A stretch of 63,313 nucleotides of DNA, counting the filler, from Actinomycetota bacterium (lineage in GTDB: Bacteria > Actinomycetota > CADDZG01 > JAHWKV01 > JAOPZY01): assembly GCA_025963875.1 (NCBI GenBank). It is 4 parts of 4 records of this genome, joined end to end, with 100 filler letters (N's around TTAATTAATTAA, not from the genome) between each part and the next. Parts side by side here need not be neighbours in the genome. Positions count along the whole stretch, not along the records: positions 38,569 to 63,313 come from JAOPZY010000141.1; 3 more parts are not named here. One strand, 5' to 3'. Positions 39,472 through 49,774 of this stretch are shown in pieces (positions within the stretch are counted from its first letter, which is position 1; each line of letters starts with the position of its first letter). A program made the translations under genes and the position numbers. The notes under the pieces were generated by a model. The model saw only the letters and a list, made by a program, of their open reading frames with translations. It was not told the DNA's origin and did no database searches.

Positions 39472-39933
39472 GTGAGTGATCCCGCGGAGACTCTTATTGG
39501 TTCGACCCGGTCCATCCCTATCGACTTCGACGCGGGGCCCATCGTCGGGCCGCACAGGGTCATTCTCCGAGCGCTGAGATGGTTTCCGGATGTCTGGGGG
39601 GTGCACTCAGGTAGTCAGGAGTACCTTGACCTGTCCTACAGCTTCCAACCGCCGCTAACGGAGAAAGAGCACAGTACCGACTTCCCCAGGAATGTCTGGA
39701 CGTTGACCGTGAGCGACGACATCGGAACAGACTATGACTCGTCGACAGGGGGACTCGGAATTTCCGGAGGAGACCGCGAGATCCATCCGGCACCCCCGAC
39801 CGGTGCGGAGACCCTGACCCTTTCCATAGGAACCCCGCTGCTTGGCTGGGACGGCCACCCCCGTCCCAGCCAAGTCGTCCGGCAACTCATTGTCGACCTG
39901 AAGAGCGGGACAGTAGTCTCGGCGAGAAGGTAA
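39472..39933 (+). CDS. Hypothetical acidic protein
   Basis: GTG start 17 nt after the preceding stop; 153 aa; no recognised motif. Confidence 0.55.
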   Translation: MSDPAETLIGSTRSIPIDFDAGPIVGPHRVILRALRWFPDVWGVHSGSQEYLDLSYSFQPPLTEKEHSTDFPRNVWTLTVSDDIGTDYDSSTGGLGISGGDREIHPAPPTGAETLTLSIGTPLLGWDGHPRPSQVVRQLIVDLKSGTVVSARR

Positions 39934-39940
39934 GTCCGAA

Positions 39941-39976
39941 ATCGCGCGTATGCGCGCGATTGGCGCCTAACGTCGG
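39941..39976 (-). repeat. TCGCGC-core palindrome family, copy 2
   Basis: Reverse complement ccgacgttaggcgccaatcgcgcgcatacgcgcgat. Confidence 0.75.
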
Positions 39977-40047
39977 GCCGGGCCGCCGTCGCGCGGTGCT
40001 CACAAGCCGCGTGGCGGAGGGGCGGCGCTCCCCGTACTGTTGGCGCC

Positions 40048-40653
40048 GTGGAAACAGCTCGTCTGGAGGCGTTCAGCGATGGGGTGTTCGCCATCGCCAT
40101 CACGCTACTGATCCTCGAGGTCCATCTGAGTGGCCAGGGCGGTGTCTCACTCGCCCGCCAGCTGGCGCATGCGTGGCCGTCGTACATCGGCTACGTGATC
40201 AGCTTCGTCACCATCGGCATCATGTGGGCAAACCACCACTCGATGTTCCGGCTCATCGACCGCTCGACGCACGGCCTCGTGGTCGCCAACCTCCTGCTGC
40301 TGCTCTGCGTCTCCTTCGTCCCGTTCCCCACCAAGGTCCTCGCCGAGCATCTGCCGGTGGCGGGGCCGGATCAGCGCACGGCGGTGCTGTTCTTCAGCGG
40401 AACCTACGTGGTGATCGCCATCTTCTACAACCTGCTGTGGCGTGTGGCGGCCACCGGCCACCGCCTCATCGCCGCGGGTTGTGAGGAGGAGGCCGACAAG
40501 ATCACCAGGGCGTTCCGCTTCGGGGTCCCGGGCTACGCCATCGCCACGCTGCTCACCTTCGTGGCGGTCCCGGCCAGCCTGGCGGTCGACGCCGCGCTGG
40601 CCGTCTACTACCTGGCGCCCCGACGGGCATCGTCCCAGGCAGATGTCCCCTAA
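40048..40653 (+). CDS. TMEM175/DUF1211 family channel protein
   Basis: RLEAFSDGVFAIAITLL, SFVTIGIMWANHH and PFPT. Confidence 0.93.
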   Translation: METARLEAFSDGVFAIAITLLILEVHLSGQGGVSLARQLAHAWPSYIGYVISFVTIGIMWANHHSMFRLIDRSTHGLVVANLLLLLCVSFVPFPTKVLAEHLPVAGPDQRTAVLFFSGTYVVIAIFYNLLWRVAATGHRLIAAGCEEEADKITRAFRFGVPGYAIATLLTFVAVPASLAVDAALAVYYLAPRRASSQADVP

Positions 40654-40860
40654 CTGGCCTTTTCTTCTCCCGGGGCGGCTGCTCGCCCATCTTCTTGTAG
40701 TGCTTCGCCAGGTTGGCCTTGATGCCAGGGATGTCGTCCGGGGGGATCTTCGCTCCCCCGCGCGCCGGACCGCCTTCAGCTGGCCTCGGATGACATCGGC
40801 GATGGGCAACTTGTAGCTGCCGAACTTATCGGGGGCCTTCTGGTACTCGACCACAGCCAT
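40650..40860 (-). pseudogene. Frameshifted remnant of a small conserved protein
   Basis: PDKFGSYKLPIADVIRGQLKAV in one frame continues as ARGGAKIPPDDIPGIKANLAKHYKKMGEQPP in another. Confidence 0.5.
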
Positions 40861-40954
40861 GCCTGCGAAGTACCAGCCACGGGCCTGGTCAAATGGGCCG
40901 TACCGGGAAACAGATTGTGCCAAAAAGTGCGCTGGGCGAACTTTTTGGCGGAAA

Positions 40955-41266
40955 CTACTTCTCGGCGGTCTCGGCCGGCTCGACAGCTCCGCCGCGTGCG
41001 GTGATCTCCTCGAAGATCCGGTCCGGCCCCCATCCTGCATCGAGGTCGTCGAGCAGGGCCTGCGCTTCGTCGAGGTCGAGGTGGCCGACACGAGCCTCAT
41101 CGCGGAAGCGGATCTTGTACCGGACGAGCGTCGGCCTGCCCCCGCCCGGGGCGTTGAACTCGATCCGGCTGCTCAGGGCTTCCACCTCGGCAACGACGCC
41201 GGCGGCCTGGTGCGCGCAGCGCTCGGTGAGCAACGTCGAGAGCTTTTCCGCGTCGTCCCTGATCAT
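40955..41266 (-). CDS. Hypothetical protein
   Basis: 103 aa, ATGA-coupled to the threonine aldolase stop. Confidence 0.65.
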   Translation of the reverse strand: MIRDDAEKLSTLLTERCAHQAAGVVAEVEALSSRIEFNAPGGGRPTLVRYKIRFRDEARVGHLDLDEAQALLDDLDAGWGPDRIFEEITARGGAVEPAETAEK

Positions 41267-42348
41267 GCCGCCCCCAGCACGCCGGCGATCTGCTCCAGGG
41301 CGATCTCGATGCCCTCCGCGGAGACATCCTTGTGCGTCACCATCCGGACGGTCCCCGGTCCGAAGGTGAAGAACTTCACTCCCCGCCGTGCCAGCTCCTC
41401 GGCGAAGGCCTCGGGCGTGAAGCCCAACGGTTGGGTCCGCACCATGACGATGTTCGTCTCGACTTCGTCGACGTTCACCGCCCCCTCCCGCAGGGCGGCG
41501 ATGCCCTGCGCCAGGCGCTTGGCGTTGGCGTGGTCCTCCCCGAGGCGGTCCACCATCGTGTCGAGGGCCACAAGGCAGGCGGCGGCGAGGATGCCCACCT
41601 GGCGCATGCCGCCACCGTGGAGCTTGCGGAAGCGTCTTGCCCGGGCAATGAACTCGGCAGACCCCACCACCATCGAGCCGACCGGCGCACCCAGTCCCTT
41701 CGAGAAGCAGAACATCATCCCGTCGGTGAGGGCGCAGTACTCCGACACCGGCACGCCGGACGCGGTCGAGGCGTTGAAGATGCGAGCGCCATCGAGGTAG
41801 AGACGGAGGCCATGCTCGTCGGAGACCTTGCGGAGCGCCCGGAGGTCGTCGATCGGATATACAGCGCCACCCTCCTGGTTGTGGGTGTTCTCGATGGCCA
41901 CGACCCGGGTGCGGGGAAGGTGGTCGAGCGGGGGCCGGACCGCGGACGCGACGTCCTCGGGATCCAGCACCCCCCGCCGGTCGAGCAGCGGCCGGGGCTG
42001 CGCCCCGCAAGCGGCCGCCAGGGCGGCGGCCTCGTAGTGCACGAAGTGGGCGTTGCGGGTGCAGAGCACCTCGTCGCCGGGCTCGGTGAGGGCCTGCAGG
42101 CCGACGAGGTTTGCCATCCTGCCGCTCGGCACGTAGACCGAGGCCTCGGCCCCGAACAGCTCGTTGACCCGTTCCTCGAGCCGGCGGGCGGTGGGGTCCT
42201 CGCCGAGAAAGTCGTCGCCCACCTCGGCCGTGGCCATCGCGTGGCGCATCTCCGGCGTTGGAACCGTGACGGTGTCCGAGCGGAGGTCAACCACCGCTCT
42301 CGACGCCTCCGAGCGCGATGCGGAACTGGGCGATGTGTAAGCAGGCAC
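41263..42348 (-). CDS. ltaE: Low-specificity L-threonine aldolase
   Basis: [41 protein letters not shown] and GGGMRQ; start approximate. Confidence 0.95.
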   Translation of the reverse strand: MPAYTSPSSASRSEASRAVVDLRSDTVTVPTPEMRHAMATAEVGDDFLGEDPTARRLEERVNELFGAEASVYVPSGRMANLVGLQALTEPGDEVLCTRNAHFVHYEAAALAAACGAQPRPLLDRRGVLDPEDVASAVRPPLDHLPRTRVVAIENTHNQEGGAVYPIDDLRALRKVSDEHGLRLYLDGARIFNASTASGVPVSEYCALTDGMMFCFSKGLGAPVGSMVVGSAEFIARARRFRKLHGGGMRQVGILAAACLVALDTMVDRLGEDHANAKRLAQGIAALREGAVNVDEVETNIVMVRTQPLGFTPEAFAEELARRGVKFFTFGPGTVRMVTHKDVSAEGIEIALEQIAGVLGAA

Positions 42349-42365
42349 GCGGTGGAGTGTACCGC

Positions 42366-43547
42366 TCAGGCTTTCGGAGCCATCTCCAGGGCCTTCTTGA
42401 TGCCCCGGGCAGCCTGGCGGATGCGGTGCTCGTTTTCGACCAGGGCGAACCGCACGTGGCCGTCGCCTGCCCCACCGAAACCGATCCCGGGGGCCACCGC
42501 CACTTTGGCCTCCGCCAGCAGATGCTTGGCGAACTCCAGCGACCCCATCTGCCGGAAGGGCTCGGGGATCGGCGCCCAGGCGAACATCGTCGCCGGGGGC
42601 ACGGGGATCTCCCACCCGGCGCGGGCCAGCGCGCCGACCAGGGCGTCACGGCGGGCGCGATAGGTCTCCCGGATCTCCTTGGGGGCGGTGGCGCATTCGT
42701 TGAGGGCGATGATCCCGGCGATCTGGATCGGCTGGAACACCCCGTAGTCGAGGTAGGACTTGAGCTTGCCCAGGGCGGCGATGATCTCCGGGTTGCCGCA
42801 CATGAAGGCCAGCCGCCACCCCGGCATCGAGTACGACTTCGACATCGAGAACAACTCGACGCCGACGTCCTTGGCGCCCGGGACCTGGAGCATCGACGGT
42901 GCCCGCTCGGCGTCGAAGACGAGGTCGGCGTAGGCCATGTCGTGGACCAGCAGGATCCCGCGCTCCTTGGCGAAGGCCACCAGGCGCTCGAAGAAGTCGA
43001 GGCCGACGATCGCCGTCGTCGGGTTGTGGGGAAAGGAGACGATGATCACCCGAGGGGCCGGCGAGGTGTTGTTGACCGACTCCGTCAGATGGGCGAAGAA
43101 GTCGACGTCGAGCGACAGCGGCACCCGGATGACGTTCGCCCCCGCCAGCACCGGAGCGTAGGTATGGATGGGATAGGTGGGGTCGGGCACGAGGCACGAG
43201 TCGCCGGGCTCGAGCAGGATCCACATGAGGTGGCTGATCCCCTCTTTGGCCCCGATGCAGGCCAGGGCCTCGGTCTCGGGATCGAGGTCGACCCCGTAGT
43301 TGCGCTCGTACCAGTCGCAGATGGCCAGGCGGAGCTTCGGAAGGCCACGCGACGTCGAGTAGCGGTGGTTGCGAGGGTTCTGCGCCGCCTCGATCAGCTT
43401 CTCCACGATCGGCTCGGGCGTCGGGATGTCCGGGTTGCCCATGCCCAGATCGATGACGTCCTCCCCGGCGCGACGCGCGGCCGCCTTGAGGTCGTTGACC
43501 ACAGCGAAGACATAGGGGGGAAAGCGCCCGATGCGTCGGAACTCCAT
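42366..43547 (-). CDS. Class I/II PLP aminotransferase (AlaC-like)
   Basis: [36 protein letters not shown] and [14 protein letters not shown]. Confidence 0.93.
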   Translation of the reverse strand: MEFRRIGRFPPYVFAVVNDLKAAARRAGEDVIDLGMGNPDIPTPEPIVEKLIEAAQNPRNHRYSTSRGLPKLRLAICDWYERNYGVDLDPETEALACIGAKEGISHLMWILLEPGDSCLVPDPTYPIHTYAPVLAGANVIRVPLSLDVDFFAHLTESVNNTSPAPRVIIVSFPHNPTTAIVGLDFFERLVAFAKERGILLVHDMAYADLVFDAERAPSMLQVPGAKDVGVELFSMSKSYSMPGWRLAFMCGNPEIIAALGKLKSYLDYGVFQPIQIAGIIALNECATAPKEIRETYRARRDALVGALARAGWEIPVPPATMFAWAPIPEPFRQMGSLEFAKHLLAEAKVAVAPGIGFGGAGDGHVRFALVENEHRIRQAARGIKKALEMAPKA

Positions 43548-43637
43548 CCCGCAGAGTCTACAAGCCCAGGCGGGGGCTTTCGGTGGAACGATCCCTGCCG
43601 ACATGCACCTTTCTGGCCCGGAGCACGGGTACCATGG

Positions 43638-43673
43638 CCGACGTTGGTCGCCTTTCGCGCATATACGCGCGAT
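43638..43673 (+). repeat. TCGCGC-core palindrome family, copy 3
   Basis: ccgacgttggtcgcctttcgcgcatatacgcgcgat. Confidence 0.8.
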
Positions 43674-43705
43674 CTGCTCCTACCCTTGAACGGCAAGGAG
43701 GCCAC

Positions 43706-43954
43706 ATGGCCGCAACGTCGACTTGCGTCCACACGACCGGGACCGTCGCCACGCCGAACTCCGCCACGTGCGAGGAGTGCGGCTCGGGGAGCGCCCTCCG
43801 GGTCTGCACCGAGTGCGGCCACGTCGGTTGCTGCGAGTCGCAGCTCGCCCACGACACGGCGCACTTCGAAGCGTCCGGCCACCCGGTGATCCGATCCTTG
43901 CCGTTGTCGGACGACTCGTTCACCTGGTGCTACGCCTGTGCCAACTACGTCTAA
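43706..43954 (+). CDS. UBP-type zinc finger protein
   Basis: CEEC...LRVCTECGHVGCC...H...HF...GHPVIRS...WCY; AAGGAGG RBS. Confidence 0.9.
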   Translation: MAATSTCVHTTGTVATPNSATCEECGSGSALRVCTECGHVGCCESQLAHDTAHFEASGHPVIRSLPLSDDSFTWCYACANYV

Positions 43955-44183
43955 AAGACCTTCGCCCAAATCAGTGACGGCAGGGCAGATTCTGGCAAGG
44001 CAGCAAATCGAAGTGACAGTCGCGAGGCGGGGCGGATTTTGCCCGCTCAGCGGGAAGTATTCGACACACCGGTACTTGTGCCTCCTCGTCGAAGATCCGG
44101 CGCACGGCCGCAGCCGGCACCACCCCAGGAAGGCGAGACTCTGTCCGGCGGAGGCGGTTTGTGGCCGTCGCCGGGGCCTACGT

Positions 44184-44732
44184 CTAGAAGGGGTAGCCCT
44201 TCATGCCGTTCATGCCCTTCACGGCCGAGATCTCGCCGGTCAGGTTGTTCAGGTGGCCCACGACGGTGACTGCGAAGACCGTCGCCAGCGGCAGGATGCC
44301 CATGCCGACGAAGGACATGTCCATGGAGCGGTTGAGGACCGCATCGTCTGCCCCGGCGAGGAAGGCTTCGCTGGCGGCATACACCGCCTCGGCGTACGCA
44401 CGGCACCCAGCCACGTCCACCTTCACCGACCGGTACCACTCGTCCATGCTCCCCTCCGGGGAGTCGGGGAAGGGGGTGGGCCGGTCGGTCCCCGTGCGGC
44501 CCGACCACGTGCTGCTGAAGAGAGGCGGCTGGCCCTGCAGCATCTCCTGGACGGCGCGGTCCTCGGCAAGGACCGCATGGGCATAGGCCGAGCCGATCGG
44601 ATTCGCAGTGCCGGCGGCGGGCTTGTTGGCGATATCGTCGGTCACATCCGCCATCGTGGCCTCCAGGAGGAAATGGGCACTCCGCAGAGCCCCGAGCAGC
44701 GTGGACTTGACGGTCGCAGGTTCGGTGGCCAC
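44184..44732 (-). CDS. DinB/YfiT-like protein
   Basis: NPIG..YAH...ED and H...GEISAVKG..G.KGYPF; AAGGAGG RBS. Confidence 0.75.
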   Translation of the reverse strand: MATEPATVKSTLLGALRSAHFLLEATMADVTDDIANKPAAGTANPIGSAYAHAVLAEDRAVQEMLQGQPPLFSSTWSGRTGTDRPTPFPDSPEGSMDEWYRSVKVDVAGCRAYAEAVYAASEAFLAGADDAVLNRSMDMSFVGMGILPLATVFAVTVVGHLNNLTGEISAVKGMNGMKGYPF

Positions 44733-44814
44733 GTGGTCCTCCTTGGGGATTGTCGTCGTCGGGCAAGGATTACCTTCTACCGAGGTAGGTTGAGGAGCAA
44801 GGAAGGGAGGCGCC

Positions 44815-45219
44815 ATGGCCACCGTCAGCGTCCGCTACATCGTCGACGACGTCGACAGCGCGATCGACTTCTATTGCCGGCATCTCGGCTTCAAGGAGGA
44901 GATGCATCCGGCTCCCACGTTCGCGATGCTGTCCCGAGGCGAACTCCGTCTCGTGCTCAGCGCACCGAGGGGCCCGGGTGGTGGAGGCCAGGCGATGCCT
45001 GACGGCAGGATGCCCGAGCCCGGGGGTTGGAACCGGTTCACGCTCGAGGTGCCCGACCTCGTCGCCACCGTCGAGGCGTTGCGCAGGGAGGGTGTCCACT
45101 TTCGAAACGACGTCGTCATCGGCGTCGGGGGCAAGCAGATCCTGGTTGACGATCCGTCCGGCAATCCCGTTGAGCTGTTCGAGCCGACGCTGCCGGAGGC
45201 GAAACTCTCGGGCGGTTAG
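44815..45219 (+). CDS. VOC/glyoxalase family protein
   Basis: VRYIVDDVD.AI.FY..HLGF and DDPSGNPVELF. Confidence 0.93.
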   Translation: MATVSVRYIVDDVDSAIDFYCRHLGFKEEMHPAPTFAMLSRGELRLVLSAPRGPGGGGQAMPDGRMPEPGGWNRFTLEVPDLVATVEALRREGVHFRNDVVIGVGGKQILVDDPSGNPVELFEPTLPEAKLSGG

Positions 45220-45644
45220 GCGGGGACGTCCGCCCAGGGACCGATGCCCGTCAGGCGATGCGGCGTGATCCGGAGCACGAACCCCGGCGGTGGGAACTCC
45301 ATCGGGGGGAACGGGACGTCCGGCCCGATGTAGACGTGGGCCAACTCCTGGAGGAGCTCGGGCGCCCCGCCCTCGGTTATCCGTGCCGTGCCGTAGACGA
45401 CGAGGTACTCGTCGAGGCCGATGGGATTGCGCCCACCCGTCAGCATCGAGAGCGTGACACGAGGGTCTCGCTCGACGTTGCGCAGCTTCTGGTACTTCCC
45501 GAGGTGGCCGCTCACGATGTCGTCGCCGTCGATGCCCACCCACACCACGGTCACGTGGGGGCTTCCGTCACGCCCCAGCGTCGTTAGGTGGGCGAGGTTG
45601 CCACTGGTCAGCGCGGTGCGGGCCTCGTCGGAGAGGACGGACAC
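45216..45644 (-). CDS. PPOX-class F420-dependent oxidoreductase
   Basis: HLTTLGRDGSPHVTVVW and KLRNVERDPRV. Confidence 0.9.
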   Translation of the reverse strand: MSVLSDEARTALTSGNLAHLTTLGRDGSPHVTVVWVGIDGDDIVSGHLGKYQKLRNVERDPRVTLSMLTGGRNPIGLDEYLVVYGTARITEGGAPELLQELAHVYIGPDVPFPPMEFPPPGFVLRITPHRLTGIGPWADVPA

Positions 45645-45649
45645 GGCGG

Positions 45650-45859
45650 TTAGCCTCCGACCTGGTAGCCCTCGCCGGTGATCGCGCTGACGAAGCTGTC
45701 ATGGCCCACCCGCGCGTCGTCATAGTCGATGGTGATGTCTTTGCGGTCCAGGTCCACCTTGACGGTGTCGACGCCTTGGAGCGCGCCGACCGCACCCTCG
45801 AGGGCGCTGACACAGTGCTGGCACGTGACTTCGGGGACGGAAAGAACTTCCTGGGCCAT
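45650..45859 (-). CDS. copZ: Copper chaperone (HMA domain)
   Basis: VTCQHC and EGY; AGGAGG RBS. Confidence 0.88.
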   Translation of the reverse strand: MAQEVLSVPEVTCQHCVSALEGAVGALQGVDTVKVDLDRKDITIDYDDARVGHDSFVSAITGEGYQVGG

Positions 45860-45919
45860 GACCTCACTCCTCCTCGTGCGATCTTCCCGCCATCGTATCC
45901 CCGGGGCCGCCTTACACAC

Positions 45920-46657
45920 TCAGGGGGCGACCAGCAGGCTGACGAGGAACTGGGCGCCGATGGCGGTGATCATGGCGATGTAGAGCAGGCCGGTCGCCGA
46001 CTGGGTGGAGCGGGTCCAGACCGTCGAGCGCACCATCAGGGCGAGAACGACCGTGCCCACGAGCAGCAGCAGCCACGCCCACCAGTACCCGGAGGCCGAG
46101 AAGGCCACCAGGCCGGGCAGCACGGCCCGCAGCAGCCGGCCCCGGGTGACGAAGCCCGCCAGCCCCGCCGCAGCGAGGGAGGCCAGCATGATCCAGGTGG
46201 CGCCCTTCAGGGGCTCGATCGGCAGGCGGGGCTGGTTGAGGTACCAGTGGCCCAGCACCATGGCATGCGTGACGGCGCCGAGGAAGAAGGTGCCGGCCAC
46301 CGCCAGGGCGATGCCATCGGTGCAGCCCCCGCAGGTGCGGGAGCCGCCCTGGAGGATCAGCCAGACGCTCAACGCCGACGCCGCGGCCCCGGTGGCGATC
46401 TCCAGCAGCGGCCGCTGCGTGTAGACCGCGACGAGGAACGCGGCCATCAGGCCGGCGAGGAGGAAGCCCTCGGTGCGGAGGTTGCGCGGGAGGGCGAACG
46501 AGATGGCGGCGACGAGCGGTACGAGGCAGTAGGCGGCGGCCCGGTAGTGACCACGATCCACGACCTTCCACACGAGCATCGTGATCCACATCAGGACGAA
46601 CGTGCCGGCAAAGGTTTCCAGGCCAACGAGGACGAAGGCACCGGCGGGGCCACGCAC
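45920..46657 (-). CDS. Conserved integral membrane protein
   Basis: About eight TM segments with AMVLGHWYL..P and TQSATGLLY motifs. Confidence 0.75.
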   Translation of the reverse strand: MRGPAGAFVLVGLETFAGTFVLMWITMLVWKVVDRGHYRAAAYCLVPLVAAISFALPRNLRTEGFLLAGLMAAFLVAVYTQRPLLEIATGAAASALSVWLILQGGSRTCGGCTDGIALAVAGTFFLGAVTHAMVLGHWYLNQPRLPIEPLKGATWIMLASLAAAGLAGFVTRGRLLRAVLPGLVAFSASGYWWAWLLLLVGTVVLALMVRSTVWTRSTQSATGLLYIAMITAIGAQFLVSLLVAP

Positions 46658-46668
46658 CGGCGAGGTTG

Positions 46669-47049
46669 TTAGGCGACGCTGCCGAAGACGCGCCGCACCC
46701 TGGCGGGCGCAAGGGCGCTGCCGCGCCGTGCCAGACCGCGGATGGTCTTCAGGACCTCCGGGTCGCCGTGCCAGTGATCCCTGAGGACCTCGTCGCTTGC
46801 ACCGCTCAGCAGGACATCGATGGCAATGACCGGGAGGATCAGCTCGTTGATCCGCTTCAGCCCCAGCAGCCGCCGTGGGACCATCCCGACGGGGGTGACC
46901 AGGTAGGCGGCGATCCCGCCGACGACGATCTTGTTCATCCTGGGCACGCGGGGATCGGCCATCAGGGCGACCACCAGCTTGCCGAGGCTCGGCAGCGACA
47001 TGCCCCACTTCTTCAGTTCCCGCACGACGGTCTCGGTTTGCACGGGCAC
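46669..47049 (-). CDS. DUF1232/YkvA-like protein
   Basis: DPRVP..K......AYLV.P and LRDHW.G. Confidence 0.7.
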   Translation of the reverse strand: MPVQTETVVRELKKWGMSLPSLGKLVVALMADPRVPRMNKIVVGGIAAYLVTPVGMVPRRLLGLKRINELILPVIAIDVLLSGASDEVLRDHWHGDPEVLKTIRGLARRGSALAPARVRRVFGSVA

Positions 47050-47069
47050 AGACTATCTCGACTCTGGCC

Positions 47070-48059
47070 CTAGCCTGGCCGGAAACCGGATAGAGGCTTG
47101 CCGGCCTCCCGGCCCGCCGTCCGCAGCCTCGCCAGCGAGGCCGCCCCGATAGCCCCGGCGTCGTTGCCGAGGGTTGCGGTCACGATCGGCGGGACCGTGC
47201 GACGTCCGCCGAGGCGCCGGTCGAGCTCCAGGCGGGCCGGCTCCAGCAGGAACCATCCCGCCGCAGCCGCGCCGCCACCGATGACGATCAGGTTGGGATC
47301 GAAGGCGTTCACGAGGCTTGCCAGCCCGGCACCCAGCCACCTGCCGGCGCGCTGGAGGATCTCGGCCGCGAACTCGTCACCGGCGTGAGCGGCCTCGGAG
47401 ACGAGGGCCCCCGTGATCCGGTCCGGTGCGCCCCCCGCCAGCTCCATCAGGATCGAGCCGGGAGCGGCGGCGATGCCCTCCCTGGCCATCCGCCCGATGG
47501 CGTTGCCGGAGGCCAGCGCCTCCAGGCACCCGCGCTGCCCGCAGCCACACTGAGGCCCTCCGTCGACGAGGGTGATGTGTCCCAGCTCTGCGGCGAAGCC
47601 GCGATGCCCGCGGAACAGCTCGCCCCGCACCACGACGCCGCCACCGATGCCGGTCCCGACCGTGAGCATGAGCACCTCGTCGCATCCCCTGCCGGCTCCG
47701 TACTGTTGTTCGGCCCAGGCCGCGGCATTCGCATCGTTTTCCACGACGACCTCGACGTGGAAGCGATGCCTGACCGCTTCCGCCACATCGACTCGCTCAT
47801 AGGTGAGGTTTGGGGCGAATGCGATGTGCCCCGAGGGGTATTCGACGTAGGCGGCGGCGGCGATGCCGACCGCGGAGGGCCTCGCATTGGGACCGGAGTC
47901 GCACCCCCGGCCGATGAGCTCGTCGAGGGCAAGGACGATCGAGGCCGTCCCGGCTTCGGGGTCGGTGGCACTCGACGCGCGCTCCCGCACGGACCCGCCC
48001 TCGTCGACGAGGACAGCGAATACCTTCGTACCACCGATATCCACCCCAGCGGTCAGCAT
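47070..48059 (-). CDS. ROK family glucokinase
   Basis: GVDIGGTK, ENDANAAA, GTGIGGG, ELGH and CGCGQRGCLE. Confidence 0.95.
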   Translation of the reverse strand: MLTAGVDIGGTKVFAVLVDEGGSVRERASSATDPEAGTASIVLALDELIGRGCDSGPNARPSAVGIAAAAYVEYPSGHIAFAPNLTYERVDVAEAVRHRFHVEVVVENDANAAAWAEQQYGAGRGCDEVLMLTVGTGIGGGVVVRGELFRGHRGFAAELGHITLVDGGPQCGCGQRGCLEALASGNAIGRMAREGIAAAPGSILMELAGGAPDRITGALVSEAAHAGDEFAAEILQRAGRWLGAGLASLVNAFDPNLIVIGGGAAAAGWFLLEPARLELDRRLGGRRTVPPIVTATLGNDAGAIGAASLARLRTAGREAGKPLSGFRPG

Positions 48060-48170
48060 GATCCGCCGAGTATAGAAGCGGTGGATTCGGTTCCCAGCCG
48101 GGTTCTCAGCAAGGTTCCCAGCGGGGACTCAAGTGTCGTTGCAAGGGTGACGAGAATTCCATATAGGCCA

Positions 48171-49370
48171 ATGCACATGACCCATGCGAACGACGCGGCA
48201 GTAAATCGCTCCGAGCGAGACCTCGAGGCCCTGGCGACGGTCGGCCGGCGGCTCCGGGGCGGCGCGGACCTGGACCGGCAACTCAGCCTCACCCTCCGGC
48301 TCGCCGCGGAGGCGGTCGGCGCCAACCGGGCCTCGGTCATGCTGCTCAACCCCGACACCGAACGGCTGGAGATCCGCTGTTCGATCGGGCTCCCGCCGGA
48401 GGCCATCCTCTCCACGATCGGCCTGGGTGAGGGCATCGCCGGGTGGGTGGCGGAGCACAACCAGCCCTTCATCCTGCACGGCCCGGTCACCGACCCCCGC
48501 TTCGAGGGCGTCGATCCCACCATCGACTCGAGTCTGTGCCTGCCCCTTGCCGCCGAGGGCAAGGTGACGGGCGTGCTGAACCTGACCCGCAAGCCCGGCG
48601 AGCCATTCACCGTCGTTGACCTTCGCCTCGCCTCCTCCCTCGCCGACCTGGCCTCGGTGGCGGTCGAGAAGGCCCTTCTGTGCGCCAGCCTGCGGGAACG
48701 GGAAACCCGAGTGGCCCGGCTGCTCGAAGCCGCAATGAACGCCGAGGAAACCGAGCGCCGCAGGATGGCCGACGAGATGCACGACGGCTTCCTGCGGGGC
48801 CTGACCGGGTTGTCCCTCCAGACCGAGATCGCAAAGATGACGCTGGGCCGAACGGCGCCGCCCGAGGCGATCGCGGCAGTCGAGGAGATCCAGGACGCCG
48901 TCCGGCGAACCTCCGCGGAGCTTCGGGACTACGTGTTCAATGTCTGCCCGGCATCGGTGGACGAGCGCGGCCTGGCCCCAACGCTCGCGGCGATGATGGA
49001 CGAGATCTCCATCACGTCGTCACTGGAGGGGCACTTCGACAACCGTGCCGGAGACGAGCGTCTCCCCAGCGGCGTCGAGACGATCCTCTACCGTGTCGCC
49101 CAGGAGGCCCTTCGCAACGCGGTGAAGCACGCCGGAGCACGACAGGTCTGGGTTGTCCTGGAGCGCAACCGGGGTGAGGCTCGGGTGAGCGTACGCGATG
49201 ACGGCGGCGGCATGCGGCCGGGGCCGTCCGGGGGGCACCATCCCGGCACGACAGGCCTCGACACCATGCGGGAACGCCTTGCTCTCGCTGGCGGGGCCAT
49301 CGACGTCGTCGCCGTGCCGGAGGGCGGGACCCGGATCAGCGCCCGGATCCCGCTGGCAGCCTTCCGCTGA
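48171..49370 (+). CDS. GAF-domain sensor histidine kinase (HisKA_3/NarX type)
   Basis: GEGIAGWVA GAF, ERRRMADEMHD, QEALRNAVKHA and DDGGG; start approximate. Confidence 0.9.
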   Translation: MHMTHANDAAVNRSERDLEALATVGRRLRGGADLDRQLSLTLRLAAEAVGANRASVMLLNPDTERLEIRCSIGLPPEAILSTIGLGEGIAGWVAEHNQPFILHGPVTDPRFEGVDPTIDSSLCLPLAAEGKVTGVLNLTRKPGEPFTVVDLRLASSLADLASVAVEKALLCASLRERETRVARLLEAAMNAEETERRRMADEMHDGFLRGLTGLSLQTEIAKMTLGRTAPPEAIAAVEEIQDAVRRTSAELRDYVFNVCPASVDERGLAPTLAAMMDEISITSSLEGHFDNRAGDERLPSGVETILYRVAQEALRNAVKHAGARQVWVVLERNRGEARVSVRDDGGGMRPGPSGGHHPGTTGLDTMRERLALAGGAIDVVAVPEGGTRISARIPLAAFR

Positions 49371-49379
49371 TTCCGCGGT

Positions 49380-49643
49380 TCAGTAGGCCCTGCGGCGGTA
49401 GCTGGACCGGTAGATGAGCAGGGCGATCACCGAGCCGATCACCGAGCCGATCAGGCCGCTGGTCCTGAGCTGCAGGGTGTGCTCGAAGAGCAGGCTTGCC
49501 AGCAACCCGCCGACGAACGATCCGACGATGCCCAGCAGGGCGGTGCCGAAGATCCCGATCGGGTCAGGGCCCGGAACGATCAGCCTTGCCAGGCCTCCGG
49601 CGATGAGCCCGACGAGGAAAAGCGAAAGCAGAAAGACAAGCAT
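49380..49643 (-). CDS. GlsB/YeaQ/YmgE family membrane protein
   Basis: GLIAGGLARLIVPG, LGIVGSFVGG and SVIGSVI. Confidence 0.9.
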   Translation of the reverse strand: MLVFLLSLFLVGLIAGGLARLIVPGPDPIGIFGTALLGIVGSFVGGLLASLLFEHTLQLRTSGLIGSVIGSVIALLIYRSSYRRRAY

Positions 49644-49774
49644 GAGTTCTCCTTCCCGCGCTGCCGGCCGTAGCCGGCGTCCAAGCCGGTCGCGGGCGCG
49701 CCGACAGGGAAGTTGTACCCAGGAGGCGACGAGCGTCTGCCTATGAGCGGCGAACCACGCAGACGCGTAGTGCG

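Noticed and set aside
39941..39976. GCCTAAC / GTTAGGC motif suggesting an integron attC site
   Set aside because: Core sites are in the wrong order for attC (GTT at the left, AAC at the right) and no integron integrase is present.
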